A DNA stretch of 64,000 nt from Escherichia coli (GTDB lineage: Bacteria > Pseudomonadota > Gammaproteobacteria > Enterobacterales > Enterobacteriaceae): the NCBI RefSeq assembly GCF_003018255.1, contig NZ_CP027440.1. One strand, given 5' to 3'. Position numbers and translations under genes: made by a program. The notes under the pieces are model-generated. The model searched no databases. It saw nothing but the letters and a program-made list of their open reading frames with translations, and was not told where the DNA came from. Positions 37,732-48,137 of this stretch are shown in pieces; within the stretch, counting starts at the first letter, position 1; each line of letters opens with the position of its first letter.

Positions 37732-40236
37732 TTATTCCTTCGGTTTAAACCGCAGCAACCGGTTGGCGTTACTCACTACGGTAATCGACGAGAGCGCCAT
37801 TGCCGCTCCGGCGACCACCGGGTTAAGCAGCGTACCGGTGAACGGCCACAAAATACCGGCGGCGACCGGAATACCAATGCTGTTGTAGATAAACGCACCG
37901 AGCAGGTTCTGCTTCATGTTGCGCAGCGTTGCGCGGGAAATTGCGAGCGCATCCGCAACACCCATCAGGCTATGGCGCATCAGGGTAATCGCCGCGGTTT
38001 CAATGGCAACATCACTGCCGCCACCCATCGCAATACCGACATCCGCCTGAGCCAGCGCTGGCGCATCGTTAATGCCGTCGCCCACCATTGCTACCTGACG
38101 TCCTTCACTTTGCAGACGTTTGATCGCTTCGGCTTTACCGTCTGGCAGCACGCCGGCTATCACCTCATCAATCCCTGCTTCTTTAGCGATCGCATTGGCG
38201 GTGGTCGGGTTATCCCCGGTTAGCATCACCAGGCGATATCCCGCTTTATGCAGGCGTTGCAGCGCCGCCACGCTATCACTACGCAACGGATCGCGTACAG
38301 CCAGCAGGGCTACCGCTTTCCCGTCAACCGCCAGCAGCACAGGCGTTGCCCCTTGCGATGCCTGAGCTGAAATATCTGCTTCAATTGCTTTGGTATCGAC
38401 CTGTTGGTCATTTAACAGCGCCTGATTACCCAGCAATACCGCATGACCTTCAGCTTCACCGCTCACACCCAGCCCGCGCAATGTGCGGAAACCGTTGACC
38501 TGCGGCAGCTGCATATCACCTGCTTTATCGAGGATCGCCCGTGCCAGCGGGTGGCTGGAACCTTGCTCCAGCGCCGCCGCCAGACGCAGCGCCTGCGCTT
38601 CATCAACATCAGCAAATGTTTTTACTGCGACAACCTGCGGCTTCCCTTCGGTCAGCGTCCCGGTTTTATCGAACACCACGGTGTCGAGCGTACTGGCGCG
38701 TTGCAGCGCGTCGGCGTCCCGCACCAGCACGCCAAACTCAGCCGCCCGCCCGACGCCCGAAATAATCGACATCGGCGTCGCCAGTCCCAGCGCACACGGA
38801 CAGGCGATAATCAGCACCGTGGTGGCAATCACCAGGGTATAAACAATTTGCGGTGCCGGGCCAAAGAAATACCAGATTGCCGCACTGACCAGCGCAATGA
38901 CTACCACCACCGGCACAAACACAGCGGAGATTTTATCCGCCAGTTGACCGATTTCTGGCTTGCTGCTCTGGGCCTGTCGCACCATGCGAATGATCCGTGA
39001 CAGCGTAGTATGGCTGCCGACCGCACTGGCGCGAAACAGCACACTGCCGTCCTGTACCACTGTCCCGGCATGGACGCTATCGCCTTCGCCTTTTTGCTGC
39101 GGGATTGGTTCGCCCGTCAGCATCGCTTCATCCAGCCACGCTTCGCCCTGGGTAATTTCACCATCTACCGGCACCCGATCACCCGTCGTCAGGCGCAGCA
39201 ACATACCTGGCTGAACATCTGCCAGCGGCACGTTTTTTTCACCTTCGTTGGTGACCAGGCGCGCCGTCGGTGGGGTTAAATCGAGTAATTTCTCCAGCGC
39301 CTTAGAAGAACGCTGACGTGCGCGCGCTTCCAGCATATGACCGAGATTAATCAGACCGATAATCATCGCACTGGCTTCATAGTAAAGATGTCGCGCTTCC
39401 ATCGGGAACCACTGCGGCCACAGGTTGACGCTCATTGAATAGAGCCACGCCACGCCCGTACCCAGCGCCACCAGCGTATCCATCGTCGCTGCACCGTTCA
39501 GCAGGCTTTTCCATGCGCTGCGGTAAAAATGGCCGCCGGCGAAAACCATTACCGCCAGGGTTATCAGGCCGATAACCAACCACAGGCTGCGGTTGTCGGC
39601 GGTGACCATCATGTTATCGCCGATCATCCCCCAGACCATCACCGGGATACCCACCGCCAGTGCGACAATCGCCTGCCAGCGGAAGCGCTTCATCGTAGCG
39701 ACGGCGGTTTCTTGCTGGCGCTCGCGGCGTTTAGCGTCATCTTCAATCGCTTCCGCGCCGTAGCCCGCTTTTTCCACCGCCTGCACTAAATCTTGTGGGG
39801 AGGCACTGCCCATCACCAGCGCAGTACGCTCCGCCAGGTTTACCCGTGCCTGAGTGACGCCCGGTACGCTTTGCAACGCATTTTGTACGCGGGTGACACA
39901 GCTGGCGCAGCTCATGCCGCTCAGCAGCAACTGCTGGCTGTCATCGTCATCGGCGGTCGCTGCCGGAAGCGCCTCAGAAACCGCTGTCAGTGCTTCCGAC
40001 GGGATTGATGACTCCGCCAGCGGTTTAGCCTTTGGGTGGCTTACAGATGCGTCATAACCCGCTTGTTTGATGGTTTCGATCAGCTGTTCTGCACTGGCAG
40101 TCCCGGTAACGTGCGCTTCAGTGACAGACACATCCGCCTGCTCAACATCCGGGCGCTGTTCGAGACTTTCTTTCACGCGTTTAACGCAGTGACCGCAGGA
40201 CAGGCCGTCCAGGGTCAGGTCGATAGTTTGTGACAT
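37732..40236 (-). CDS. copA: Copper-exporting P1B-type ATPase
   Basis: 834-aa product with two N-terminal GMSCASC/GLSCGHC metal-binding motifs, [18 protein letters not shown]. Confidence 0.98.
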   Translation of the reverse strand: MSQTIDLTLDGLSCGHCVKRVKESLEQRPDVEQADVSVTEAHVTGTASAEQLIETIKQAGYDASVSHPKAKPLAESSIPSEALTAVSEALPAATADDDDSQQLLLSGMSCASCVTRVQNALQSVPGVTQARVNLAERTALVMGSASPQDLVQAVEKAGYGAEAIEDDAKRRERQQETAVATMKRFRWQAIVALAVGIPVMVWGMIGDNMMVTADNRSLWLVIGLITLAVMVFAGGHFYRSAWKSLLNGAATMDTLVALGTGVAWLYSMSVNLWPQWFPMEARHLYYEASAMIIGLINLGHMLEARARQRSSKALEKLLDLTPPTARLVTNEGEKNVPLADVQPGMLLRLTTGDRVPVDGEITQGEAWLDEAMLTGEPIPQQKGEGDSVHAGTVVQDGSVLFRASAVGSHTTLSRIIRMVRQAQSSKPEIGQLADKISAVFVPVVVVIALVSAAIWYFFGPAPQIVYTLVIATTVLIIACPCALGLATPMSIISGVGRAAEFGVLVRDADALQRASTLDTVVFDKTGTLTEGKPQVVAVKTFADVDEAQALRLAAALEQGSSHPLARAILDKAGDMQLPQVNGFRTLRGLGVSGEAEGHAVLLGNQALLNDQQVDTKAIEADISAQASQGATPVLLAVDGKAVALLAVRDPLRSDSVAALQRLHKAGYRLVMLTGDNPTTANAIAKEAGIDEVIAGVLPDGKAEAIKRLQSEGRQVAMVGDGINDAPALAQADVGIAMGGGSDVAIETAAITLMRHSLMGVADALAISRATLRNMKQNLLGAFIYNSIGIPVAAGILWPFTGTLLNPVVAGAAMALSSITVVSNANRLLRFKPKE

Positions 40237-40283
40237 AAAACACTCCTTTTAAGACAGTTTTGACTGGCTGTGATAAAGGTTAA

Positions 40284-40304
40284 ACCTTCCAGCAAGGGGA
40301 AGGT
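40284..40304. promoter_or_regulatory. CueR (MerR-family) operator dyad in the copA promoter
   Basis: accttccagcaaggggaaggt inverted repeat upstream of copA. Confidence 0.75.
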
Positions 40305-40498
40305 CAAGAAATTAATAAACCAGGCGGGTAAAAGTCCGTAAAGATTAAAAAATCGGCTCGATTTGCATCAGGATTAGACATTTATCTCTTTGTTTTCCTG
40401 TAGTTAAGTTGCGGGTGCTAAGTTAAATCAGGATGCCTGAAAATTGGCACCGGGGTGAGGAATTACCTCCCGCATCTATAAAAAGGAGTTAACAAAAG

Positions 40499-41431
40499 AT
40501 GTTAGATGCAAACAAATTACAGCAGGCAGTGGATCAGGCTTACACCCAATTTCACTCACTTAACGGCGGACAAAATGCCGACTACATTCCCTTTCTGGCG
40601 AATGTACCTGGTCAACTGGCAGCAGTGGCTATTGTGACCTGCGATGGCAACATCTATCGCGCGGGTGATAGTGATTACCGCTTTGCGCTAGAATCCATCT
40701 CGAAAGTCTGTACGTTAGCCCTTGCGTTAGAAGATGTCGGCCCGCAGGCGGTACAGGACAAAGTTGGCGCTGACCCGACCGGATTGCCCTTTAACTCAGT
40801 TATCGCCTTAGAGTTGCATGGCGGCAAACCGCTGTCGCCACTGGTAAATGCTGGCGCTATTGCCACCACCAGCCTGATTAACGCTGAAAATGCCGAACAA
40901 CGCTGGCAGCGAATTTTACATATCCAACAACAACTGGCTGGTGAGCAGGTAGCGCTCTCTGATGAAGTCAACCAGTCGGAACAAACAACCAACTTCCATA
41001 ACCGGGCCATTGCCTGGCTGCTGTACTCCGCCGGATATCTCTATTGTGATGCAATGGAAGCCTGTGACGTGTACACCCGTCAGTGCTCCACGCTCATCAA
41101 TACTGTTGAACTGGCAACGCTTGGCGCGACGCTGGCGGCGGGTGGTGTGAATCCGCTGACGCATAAACGCGTTCTTCAGGCCGACAACGTGCCGTACATT
41201 CTGGCTGAAATGATGATGGAAGGGCTGTATGGTCGCTCCGGTGACTGGGCGTATCGCGTTGGTTTACCGGGCAAAAGCGGTGTAGGTGGCGGTATTCTGG
41301 CGGTCGTCCCTGGCGTGATGGGAATTGCCGCGTTCTCACCACCGCTGGACGAAGAAGGCAACAGTGTTCGCGGTCAAAAAATGGTGGCATCGGTCGCTAA
41401 GCAACTCGGCTATAACGTGTTTAAGGGCTGA
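40499..41431 (+). CDS. glsA: Glutaminase 1
   Basis: 310-aa serine-dependent glutaminase-family product. Confidence 0.9.
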   Translation: MLDANKLQQAVDQAYTQFHSLNGGQNADYIPFLANVPGQLAAVAIVTCDGNIYRAGDSDYRFALESISKVCTLALALEDVGPQAVQDKVGADPTGLPFNSVIALELHGGKPLSPLVNAGAIATTSLINAENAEQRWQRILHIQQQLAGEQVALSDEVNQSEQTTNFHNRAIAWLLYSAGYLYCDAMEACDVYTRQCSTLINTVELATLGATLAAGGVNPLTHKRVLQADNVPYILAEMMMEGLYGRSGDWAYRVGLPGKSGVGGGILAVVPGVMGIAAFSPPLDEEGNSVRGQKMVASVAKQLGYNVFKG

Positions 41432-41433
41432 TC

Positions 41434-42726
41434 ATGATGAACACGGAAGGTAATAACGATAACAAACCCCTCGGTCTATGGAACGTCGTTTCCATCGGTA
41501 TTGGGGCAATGGTGGGGGCGGGGATCTTCGCGCTGCTGGGGCAGGCTGCGTTGCTAATGGAAGCCTCGACCTGGGTCGCCTTTGCTTTTGGCGGTATTGT
41601 GGCGATGTTTTCCGGTTATGCCTATGCGCGCCTAGGGGCGAGCTATCCCAGCAATGGCGGTATTATCGACTTCTTTCGTCGCGGATTAGGCAACGGCGTC
41701 TTTTCGCTGGCACTCTCGTTATTGTACCTGTTGACGCTGGCGGTGAGCATCGCCATGGTCGCCCGTGCTTTTGGCGCTTATGCCGTGCAGTTTTTGCATG
41801 AAGGCAGTCAGGAGGAGCACCTTATATTGCTCTACGCGTTGGGGATCATTGCGGTGATGACGCTTTTCAACTCCTTAAGCAACCATGCGGTAGGGCGGCT
41901 GGAAGTGATCCTCGTCGGCATTAAAATGATGATCCTGTTATTGCTGATCATTGCCGGTGTCTGGTCGCTGCAACCGGCGCATATTTCCGTCTCTGCGCCC
42001 CCCAGCTCCGGTGCGTTCTTCTCCTGTATCGGGATAACCTTCCTTGCCTATGCGGGCTTTGGCATGATGGCGAACGCGGCGGATAAAGTGAAAGATCCGC
42101 AGGTCATTATGCCACGGGCGTTTCTGGTGGCGATTGGCGTTACCACGTTGCTTTATATCTCGCTGGCGCTGGTTTTGCTTAGCGATGTATCGGCATTAGA
42201 GTTAGAAAAATATGCCGATACCGCCGTAGCGCAGGCTGCTTCTCCGCTGCTCGGGCATGTGGGTTATGTGATCGTCGTCATCGGCGCTTTACTGGCGACG
42301 GCTTCAGCCATAAACGCGAACCTGTTCGCCGTGTTTAACATCATGGACAACATGGGCAGCGAACGCGAACTGCCGAAGCTAATGAATAAATCCCTGTGGC
42401 GGCAGAGTACCTGGGGCAACATCATTGTCGTGGTGCTGATTATGCTGATGACGGCGGCGCTGAATTTAGGCTCACTCGCCAGCGTTGCCAGCGCCACCTT
42501 TTTGATCTGCTATCTGGCGGTGTTTGTGGTGGCGATCCGCCTGCGTCATGATATTCACGCCTCGTTGCCGATTCTTATCGTTGGTACGTTGGTTATGTTG
42601 TTGGTGATCGTTGGCTTTATCTACAGTCTCTGGTCCCAGGGCAGCCGTGCGCTGATATGGATTATTGGCGCACTCTTACTCAGCCTTATTGTGGCAATGG
42701 TCATGAAGCGCAATAAAACTGTATAA
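41434..42726 (+). CDS. ybaT: APC-family amino acid permease
   Basis: 430-aa 12-TM product immediately after glsA. Confidence 0.9.
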   Translation: MMNTEGNNDNKPLGLWNVVSIGIGAMVGAGIFALLGQAALLMEASTWVAFAFGGIVAMFSGYAYARLGASYPSNGGIIDFFRRGLGNGVFSLALSLLYLLTLAVSIAMVARAFGAYAVQFLHEGSQEEHLILLYALGIIAVMTLFNSLSNHAVGRLEVILVGIKMMILLLLIIAGVWSLQPAHISVSAPPSSGAFFSCIGITFLAYAGFGMMANAADKVKDPQVIMPRAFLVAIGVTTLLYISLALVLLSDVSALELEKYADTAVAQAASPLLGHVGYVIVVIGALLATASAINANLFAVFNIMDNMGSERELPKLMNKSLWRQSTWGNIIVVVLIMLMTAALNLGSLASVASATFLICYLAVFVVAIRLRHDIHASLPILIVGTLVMLLVIVGFIYSLWSQGSRALIWIIGALLLSLIVAMVMKRNKTV

Positions 42727-42850
42727 CATCTCTCTGTGCGCAGTACCTCCTGTATTATTGTGGTGGCGGTCGATATTCGCACTGGCAAAAAAACGTGCTT
42801 GAATATCTGTTGAAACCCTTTAACAAAGCACAGGAGGCGTTGCGCGAACG

Positions 42851-43258
42851 ATGAACATTAGCGATGTAGCAAAAATTACCGGCCTGACCAGCAAAGCCAT
42901 TCGCTTCTATGAAGAGAAGGGGCTGGTGACGCCGCCGATGCGCAGCGAAAACGGTTATCGCACCTACACGCAGCAGCATCTCAACGAACTGACCTTACTG
43001 CGCCAGGCACGCCAGGTGGGCTTTAACCTGGAGGAGAGCGGCGAACTGGTGAATCTGTTTAACGATCCGCAGCGTCACAGCGCCGACGTCAAACGTCGTA
43101 CGCTGGAGAAAGTGGCGGAGATCGAACAGCATATCGAAGAACTGCAATCCATGCGTAACCAGCTGCTGGCGCTGGCGAATGCCTGCCCCGGTGATGACAG
43201 CGCCGACTGCCCGATTATCGAAAATCTCTCCGGCTGCTGTCATCATCGGGCGGGGTGA
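42851..43258 (+). CDS. cueR: Copper-responsive MerR-family regulator
   Basis: 135-aa product [26 protein letters not shown]... with C-terminal metal-binding [10 protein letters not shown]. Confidence 0.97.
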   Translation: MNISDVAKITGLTSKAIRFYEEKGLVTPPMRSENGYRTYTQQHLNELTLLRQARQVGFNLEESGELVNLFNDPQRHSADVKRRTLEKVAEIEQHIEELQSMRNQLLALANACPGDDSADCPIIENLSGCCHHRAG

Positions 43259-43989
43259 TTAAGGCTTGCGAAAATAGTCGTCCATTATTTTCGTCAGCTC
43301 CGGACGTTCCCCGTCATCATTGATGGCAAAATCCAGAAAAAAAGCATCTGCTTGCGGCGTTCGGTTTTGCGCCATCAACCGGAAGGTGAGGGGGCCTGAC
43401 CAGGTTTCGGATGGGCTGATGTGCTTATCAGGGCCGAAACTCTCCCATGCGTTGGGCGGTAATGTTTTGCACGCGGTGAGTTTTGGTATGTGGTATTGCA
43501 GCTCTGTTTTGTGCAGACATTCCCCGCCAGGAAATACCAGGGTTTGTTGCTCATCATTAAAATGGGTTGCCGTGCTGAGCACCAGTGTTTTGAGCGGTCG
43601 CCCTTCCAGCGCGGCGGCAGTAGCCTTATGGTGTCCGTCGAGCAGAACGCAGAGATAGGAATCAGGGAGATACCAGGCCAGAGCGCGGGCGATTCCAGTT
43701 TTCGAGAGCAGACAAAAACCGGGCGGCTCCCTGTTCACCCTCCGCAAAACCGCTGTAGACAAATTCCGCACAGGTAGGGCAACCAGCCTCGGACCAGAAA
43801 CGTATTAACGGGACATCCTTGCCAGCAGAGCGAATGGATAAGACCGTGCGAGTGCGGATCGTAAATCACACATTGACGCAGAAATCCTTTCCCGGACTTC
43901 ACCGAAAAAATGACGCCCGCAGCGGTATTTTTCAGCAGACGTACTTCAGGTTTTCGAAAGGGGAAAAAGCATGGCCACTCCTTAGCCAA
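43259..43989 (-). pseudogene. Hypothetical gene split into two overlapping reading frames (43735..43989 then 43259..43804); apparent frameshift
   Basis: Two minus-strand ORFs in different frames overlap at 43738-43804; the downstream frame is open upstream of its first start codon; no recognisable family. Confidence 0.4.
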
Positions 43990-44060
43990 AATTTCAGTTC
44001 CCTGAACTGTGCCAGAAAATTACGCTGGTGACTATTGCTCTGGAAATGGAAACAGTGTCC

Positions 44061-44267
44061 TTACCCATTAATCCCCGTTTGTACCGAAAGAATATGTTGC
44101 AAACTTTCTACCATAATGCGCCCCGACTGAAATAAGCCTTCCTGGATTTCATTGTTAACATTCACAGCGTGAACCAGGGAGGCTAATAACACCACTTGCA
44201 AGAAGGCAAAAATAAACGCACCGATAATCATAATATGCGTCAGGGGGATTTTCCTTTGCTCCTTCAT
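44061..44267 (-). CDS. Small single-pass membrane protein (68 aa), hypothetical
   Basis: Start overlaps the upstream lipoprotein stop (ATGA); one hydrophobic helix IMIIGAFIFAFLQVVLLASLV. Confidence 0.5.
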   Translation of the reverse strand: MKEQRKIPLTHIMIIGAFIFAFLQVVLLASLVHAVNVNNEIQEGLFQSGRIMVESLQHILSVQTGING

Positions 44268-44686
44268 TTTAAATAACCCACAAACTGGCCTTCTTTCATT
44301 AAGGCGACTTTTCCTGTGTGATGATAAACAATGACATTATACAGACCCGACTGATAAACCGTGGCATCGGCATTATCTTCATCTATGGCACATAATGAAT
44401 CATTGAGATAAGCAAAATTCTTACTACTCATTCTAAAGGTCATGCCAAATCCTTTATAAATGGCTTTTTTTGCCGCCTGGGCATGTTGTGCGGCTTCTGC
44501 ATTTTTAAATGCCTGCGCTTCAGAAGCACTTAAAATAGCCGTCTGGCGCTGCTGTTCTGCGAGATAACAGGTGTCATGGCTGACGCCCTGCGCCTGACAA
44601 TCTGCGATGCGGGAAGCGGGTGAGCTACAGCCAGCCAGTAATATAACCGCCAGCAGGGAAAAGGATTTAATGGAGCTATTCATCAT
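44264..44686 (-). CDS. Putative lipoprotein (140 aa), hypothetical
   Basis: Signal peptide with lipobox LLAGC; 4 Cys; downstream of the autotransporter gene on the same strand. Confidence 0.6.
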   Translation of the reverse strand: MMNSSIKSFSLLAVILLAGCSSPASRIADCQAQGVSHDTCYLAEQQRQTAILSASEAQAFKNAEAAQHAQAAKKAIYKGFGMTFRMSSKNFAYLNDSLCAIDEDNADATVYQSGLYNVIVYHHTGKVALMKEGQFVGYLK

Positions 44687-44771
44687 TGTTAACCTTAAAT
44701 AATGTGCGAATTAATGAAGAGGTGAAACCCGGCAAGCTTCCTTGCTCTTATTTATATTGAGGATTGAAATA

Positions 44772-45788
44772 TTAGAACGAATATCCTACGCCGACACCTG
44801 CGCCGAAATCAGATTGCGTATCCGCAGAAATACCGGCTTTAAGTACCGTATGCGTTCCGGCATTAAAAGATGTTCCGACAGACACCGCAGATTCACCGTT
44901 GAAGGTTCCCGCTCCCGCTGACACCATCATCACGTCACCGGTTTTAACCTGTGGTTGTGAGGCGATAGCGATGGCAGATGCAGTTCCCGCATTGGCTTCT
45001 TTACGGTTGTCCTCAACTTCGTTTTTCAGCGAACTGTAATGGTTATTGAGCGTGTTAATTTGTTGGCTGTTATCTGCGACCCGTTTTTGCGTGTTGCTTA
45101 ACTGTTGCTGCGTTTGTGCGGAATCTTGTCTCAGACTTTCAATTTGCTCATGTGCCTGGACAGACTTCTGCGCCAGACTTTGCATTTGTTTATCGTATTG
45201 AGCCCTTTCTTTTTGCTGTTGTGCTGCCACATCGGTTGTCAGTGCATTCATTTTCTGCCCTTGTTCCGTGGTAGTGCGCTGATTAGCCTCATTTTGAGCC
45301 GCCAGTCTGGCATTAATCATCTCCTGATAATGCGCAGTATTTTGCGTATCTCCAGTCGCGGCGAGCGTTTTTTGTGTGGCTACGATCTGCGCCTGTTGCT
45401 CTGTAATTTGCGTTTGCTGGGCATCAGTTACCGCAGACTGTCGGGCGTTGATCATGCTCTGATAACGGGCAGGTGTCTGTGTATCACCTGTAGCGGCAAC
45501 GGTTTTTTGTCCTGCGTCAGGATCTGTCTGGACAGTGGGAGTCTGAGTGGTATCAGGTGTTTCAGAAGGGATGTAGTGATGTTCAGTCAAATAGGTATAC
45601 GCAGCGGGGCTGTTGTCTGTGCGTTCTAAAAAGCGGGTAATCTTCTGCTCAATCTCCGATTGCGACATGCCAGAGTTAATGGCTGAAAGCTCTGTTGCCG
45701 CCGCTTCAATGGTATCACCAGCTAAAACAACAGGGCTGGATGTTGCTGAAATTATGAGTGCCAGTAAAGCTACGTTTACAGTTTTCAT
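44772..45788 (-). CDS. Trimeric autotransporter adhesin-like protein (type Vc, YadA-like C-terminal anchor), 338 aa
   Basis: Signal peptide MKTVNVALLALIISATSSPVVLA; Gln-rich coiled-coil stalk with a tandem repeat (ATGDTQ..YQ.MINAR); C-terminal anchor ...AGTASAIAIASQPQ...GAGVGVGYSF ending in aromatic residue. Confidence 0.75.
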   Translation of the reverse strand: MKTVNVALLALIISATSSPVVLAGDTIEAAATELSAINSGMSQSEIEQKITRFLERTDNSPAAYTYLTEHHYIPSETPDTTQTPTVQTDPDAGQKTVAATGDTQTPARYQSMINARQSAVTDAQQTQITEQQAQIVATQKTLAATGDTQNTAHYQEMINARLAAQNEANQRTTTEQGQKMNALTTDVAAQQQKERAQYDKQMQSLAQKSVQAHEQIESLRQDSAQTQQQLSNTQKRVADNSQQINTLNNHYSSLKNEVEDNRKEANAGTASAIAIASQPQVKTGDVMMVSAGAGTFNGESAVSVGTSFNAGTHTVLKAGISADTQSDFGAGVGVGYSF

Positions 45789-46154
45789 TCATTTTCTCTT
45801 GTTCAAAATAAGTCGCATTAATGTTTCTATAAGAAACAAATAATATTATTTTAAGAAATAAACTGCGTTGCAATTTAATCGAAATCTACGCCGCCATTTG
45901 TGTGATGTAAAGCGCATTTTTGTCTGGTGTAAGCGTAAACACCACCAATAAGAAACAAAAAATGTTTCTTATATAAATAAAATCGAAAATCATTTTGTGC
46001 TCTTTCAATGTAAAAAAGAGTAAAGACTTGTTTTGATAAGCGAAATAAATTCTGTTTCTGGACTAAACGTGAAGCGGTTCCTGATGTGTGCTAAAATGCG
46101 TTTCTTTGATAAATCTCAATTTTTAAGAGGTTTACGCCAGGCAGGAAAATTTAA

Positions 46155-46517
46155 ATGAATGAATTTGAGAAGATTTTTAATGAAATGAATCTGGACCGGG
46201 CATTGTTACCGATCCTTTTTCGTTCGAACCGGTCGACAGTGTGGAAGTATTTAAGCGGCGATAGTACGGCTCCTGCCTCTGCCATGTCGCTGATCATGCT
46301 GTTGCAGTTGATCCAGAAACGAAACCCCGATCTGTTAGCCGAATGGTTAACGCTTTCTGATTTCACCATTCCGCCAGAAGTTTACCTGGACCAACCTGAT
46401 TACTGGAAAGGGTGGGTGTATACCCAACACAAGGTCAATAAAAACGTCCTGGAATATCTAAAAAAACACTATCCGGATGAAGACCAAAAAAGTATGGGTA
46501 AAGGCCGGGAAGAGTAA
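46155..46517 (+). CDS. Hypothetical protein (120 aa), divergent from the autotransporter operon
   Basis: ORF with ATG start after an AT-rich 365-bp intergenic region; no family recognised. Confidence 0.4.
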   Translation: MNEFEKIFNEMNLDRALLPILFRSNRSTVWKYLSGDSTAPASAMSLIMLLQLIQKRNPDLLAEWLTLSDFTIPPEVYLDQPDYWKGWVYTQHKVNKNVLEYLKKHYPDEDQKSMGKGREE

Positions 46518-46519
46518 TT

Positions 46520-46620
46520 TTGCCTCTACTCGGCTATATGCCGGATGCGGCGCAAGCGCCTTATCTGGCCTACGATTCGGGCATATTTTGTAGGCATGAT
46601 AAGACGCGCCAGCGTCGCAT
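46520..46620. repeat. REP/BIME elements (two inverted REP units) at the island/ybbJ junction
   Basis: gccggatgcggcgcaagcgccttatctggcctac ... gtaggcatgataagacgcgccagcgtcgcatcaggc. Confidence 0.75.
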
Positions 46621-47078
46621 CAGGCGATGACCGCACGGATAATCAGCGTTATCCCTTCTATCGCAATCACCTCAACATGCGTACCTGCACTGAGATCCTC
46701 GCTGGCGCTGACAGGCCATGAACTGTCACCGACGCGCATATGACCACGCCCGTTGACCAGCGGAGATTCCAGAACAAAACGTCGGCCAATCAACTGCTGC
46801 CCGCGCTGGTTTAAATGACTGTCGCTGTGCTTTTGTTCGCGCACCCGCCGCGACAACCATTTCCACCACAGCCAGGCGGCGAGCAGCGTCAGGACGGCAA
46901 ACATTACCCCTTGCCACTCCCAACCCAGCGGCAGCAACCAGACCACCAGACCGGTAATCACCGCTGCCACGCCGCTCCACAACAGATAACCATTGCCGCC
47001 CAACATCTCGGCTGCCAGCAGCAAACCGCCGAGACTTAGCCAGAAAATATGTGGATGAACGACCATTAACTCCATCAT
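46620..47078 (-). CDS. ybbJ: NfeD-family inner membrane protein
   Basis: 152-aa product overlapping qmcA by 4 nt. Confidence 0.85.
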   Translation of the reverse strand: MMELMVVHPHIFWLSLGGLLLAAEMLGGNGYLLWSGVAAVITGLVVWLLPLGWEWQGVMFAVLTLLAAWLWWKWLSRRVREQKHSDSHLNQRGQQLIGRRFVLESPLVNGRGHMRVGDSSWPVSASEDLSAGTHVEVIAIEGITLIIRAVIA

Positions 47079-47992
47079 GGCTGAGTCCGTTTGTTGGCGC
47101 TGTCTTTCACCAGCTCAGCAATCCCGGCAATCGACCCCATCAGGCTGCTGGCCTCTAATGGCATCATCACCACTTTGCTGTTACTGGACGAACCGATCTG
47201 CTGTAACGCTTCGGTGTATTTCTGTGCGACGAAGTAGTTCACCGCCTGAATATCACCGGAGGCAATGGCTTCAGACACCATTTTAGTGGCGCGGGCTTCT
47301 GCTTCAGCGGAACGTTCACGCGCTTCAGCCTGTAAAAACGCCGACTGACGTTCGCCTTCCGCTTTCAGGATTTGCGACTGTTTTTCACCTTCGGCTTTGA
47401 GGATTTCCGCCTGACGGATCCCTTCCGCTTCAAGGATGTAAGCGCGTTTGGTACGTTCCGCTTTCATCTGCGCGTTCATTGAAGAGATAAGCTCTGCCGG
47501 TGGGCGCACGTCGCGAATTTCAATACGGGTGACTTTAATCCCCCACGGGTTGGTGGCCTCATCGACAATACGCAGCAGGCGTGAGTTGATGCTGTCGCGC
47601 TGAGAGAGCATTTCGTCAAGTTCCATTGAACCCAGCACGGTACGGATGTTAGTCATGGTCAGGTTGATGATCGCCAGCTCCAGATTGCTGACTTCATAAG
47701 CCGCGCGCGGCGCGTCAATCACCTGAATAAAGCACACGGCGTCGATGGTAACGTTGGCGTTATCTTTCGAGATAACTTCCTGGGAAGGGATATCGAGCAC
47801 TTGCTCCATCATATTGATCTTGCGACCAATGCGATCCATAAACGGCACCACCAGACTGAGCCCCGGCTGTAACGTTTTGGTATAGCGACCAAAACGTTCT
47901 ACTGTCCACTGATAGCCCTGCGGCACGATTTTGACGCCCGCGCCGACAATGACCAGCGCGACAAAAATGAGAATCGGGATAAAGATAAGCAT
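47075..47992 (-). CDS. qmcA: SPFH/band-7 (stomatin-like) protein QmcA
   Basis: 305-aa product with N-terminal TM and PHB domain. Confidence 0.9.
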   Translation of the reverse strand: MLIFIPILIFVALVIVGAGVKIVPQGYQWTVERFGRYTKTLQPGLSLVVPFMDRIGRKINMMEQVLDIPSQEVISKDNANVTIDAVCFIQVIDAPRAAYEVSNLELAIINLTMTNIRTVLGSMELDEMLSQRDSINSRLLRIVDEATNPWGIKVTRIEIRDVRPPAELISSMNAQMKAERTKRAYILEAEGIRQAEILKAEGEKQSQILKAEGERQSAFLQAEARERSAEAEARATKMVSEAIASGDIQAVNYFVAQKYTEALQQIGSSSNSKVVMMPLEASSLMGSIAGIAELVKDSANKRTQP

Positions 47993-48137
47993 CGGAAAAA
48001 CCTCCTGTTGTACCGTCCATAATCAGCAAAATTGCTGCTTGATTAAACAAATTATACCTGATTACTGAAAGAGAGTTCCCCCTTATTCCTGCGAAGGATA
48101 AACTGTTTTTAGTAAAAATCAGAAAAAGGGAACAGTG

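Noticed and set aside
43320-43777. Plus-strand ORFs of 112 and 95 aa inside the cueR–ybbJ island
   Set aside because: Cys/Ser/Arg-rich, overlap the longer minus-strand frames; the minus strand is the more plausible coding strand.
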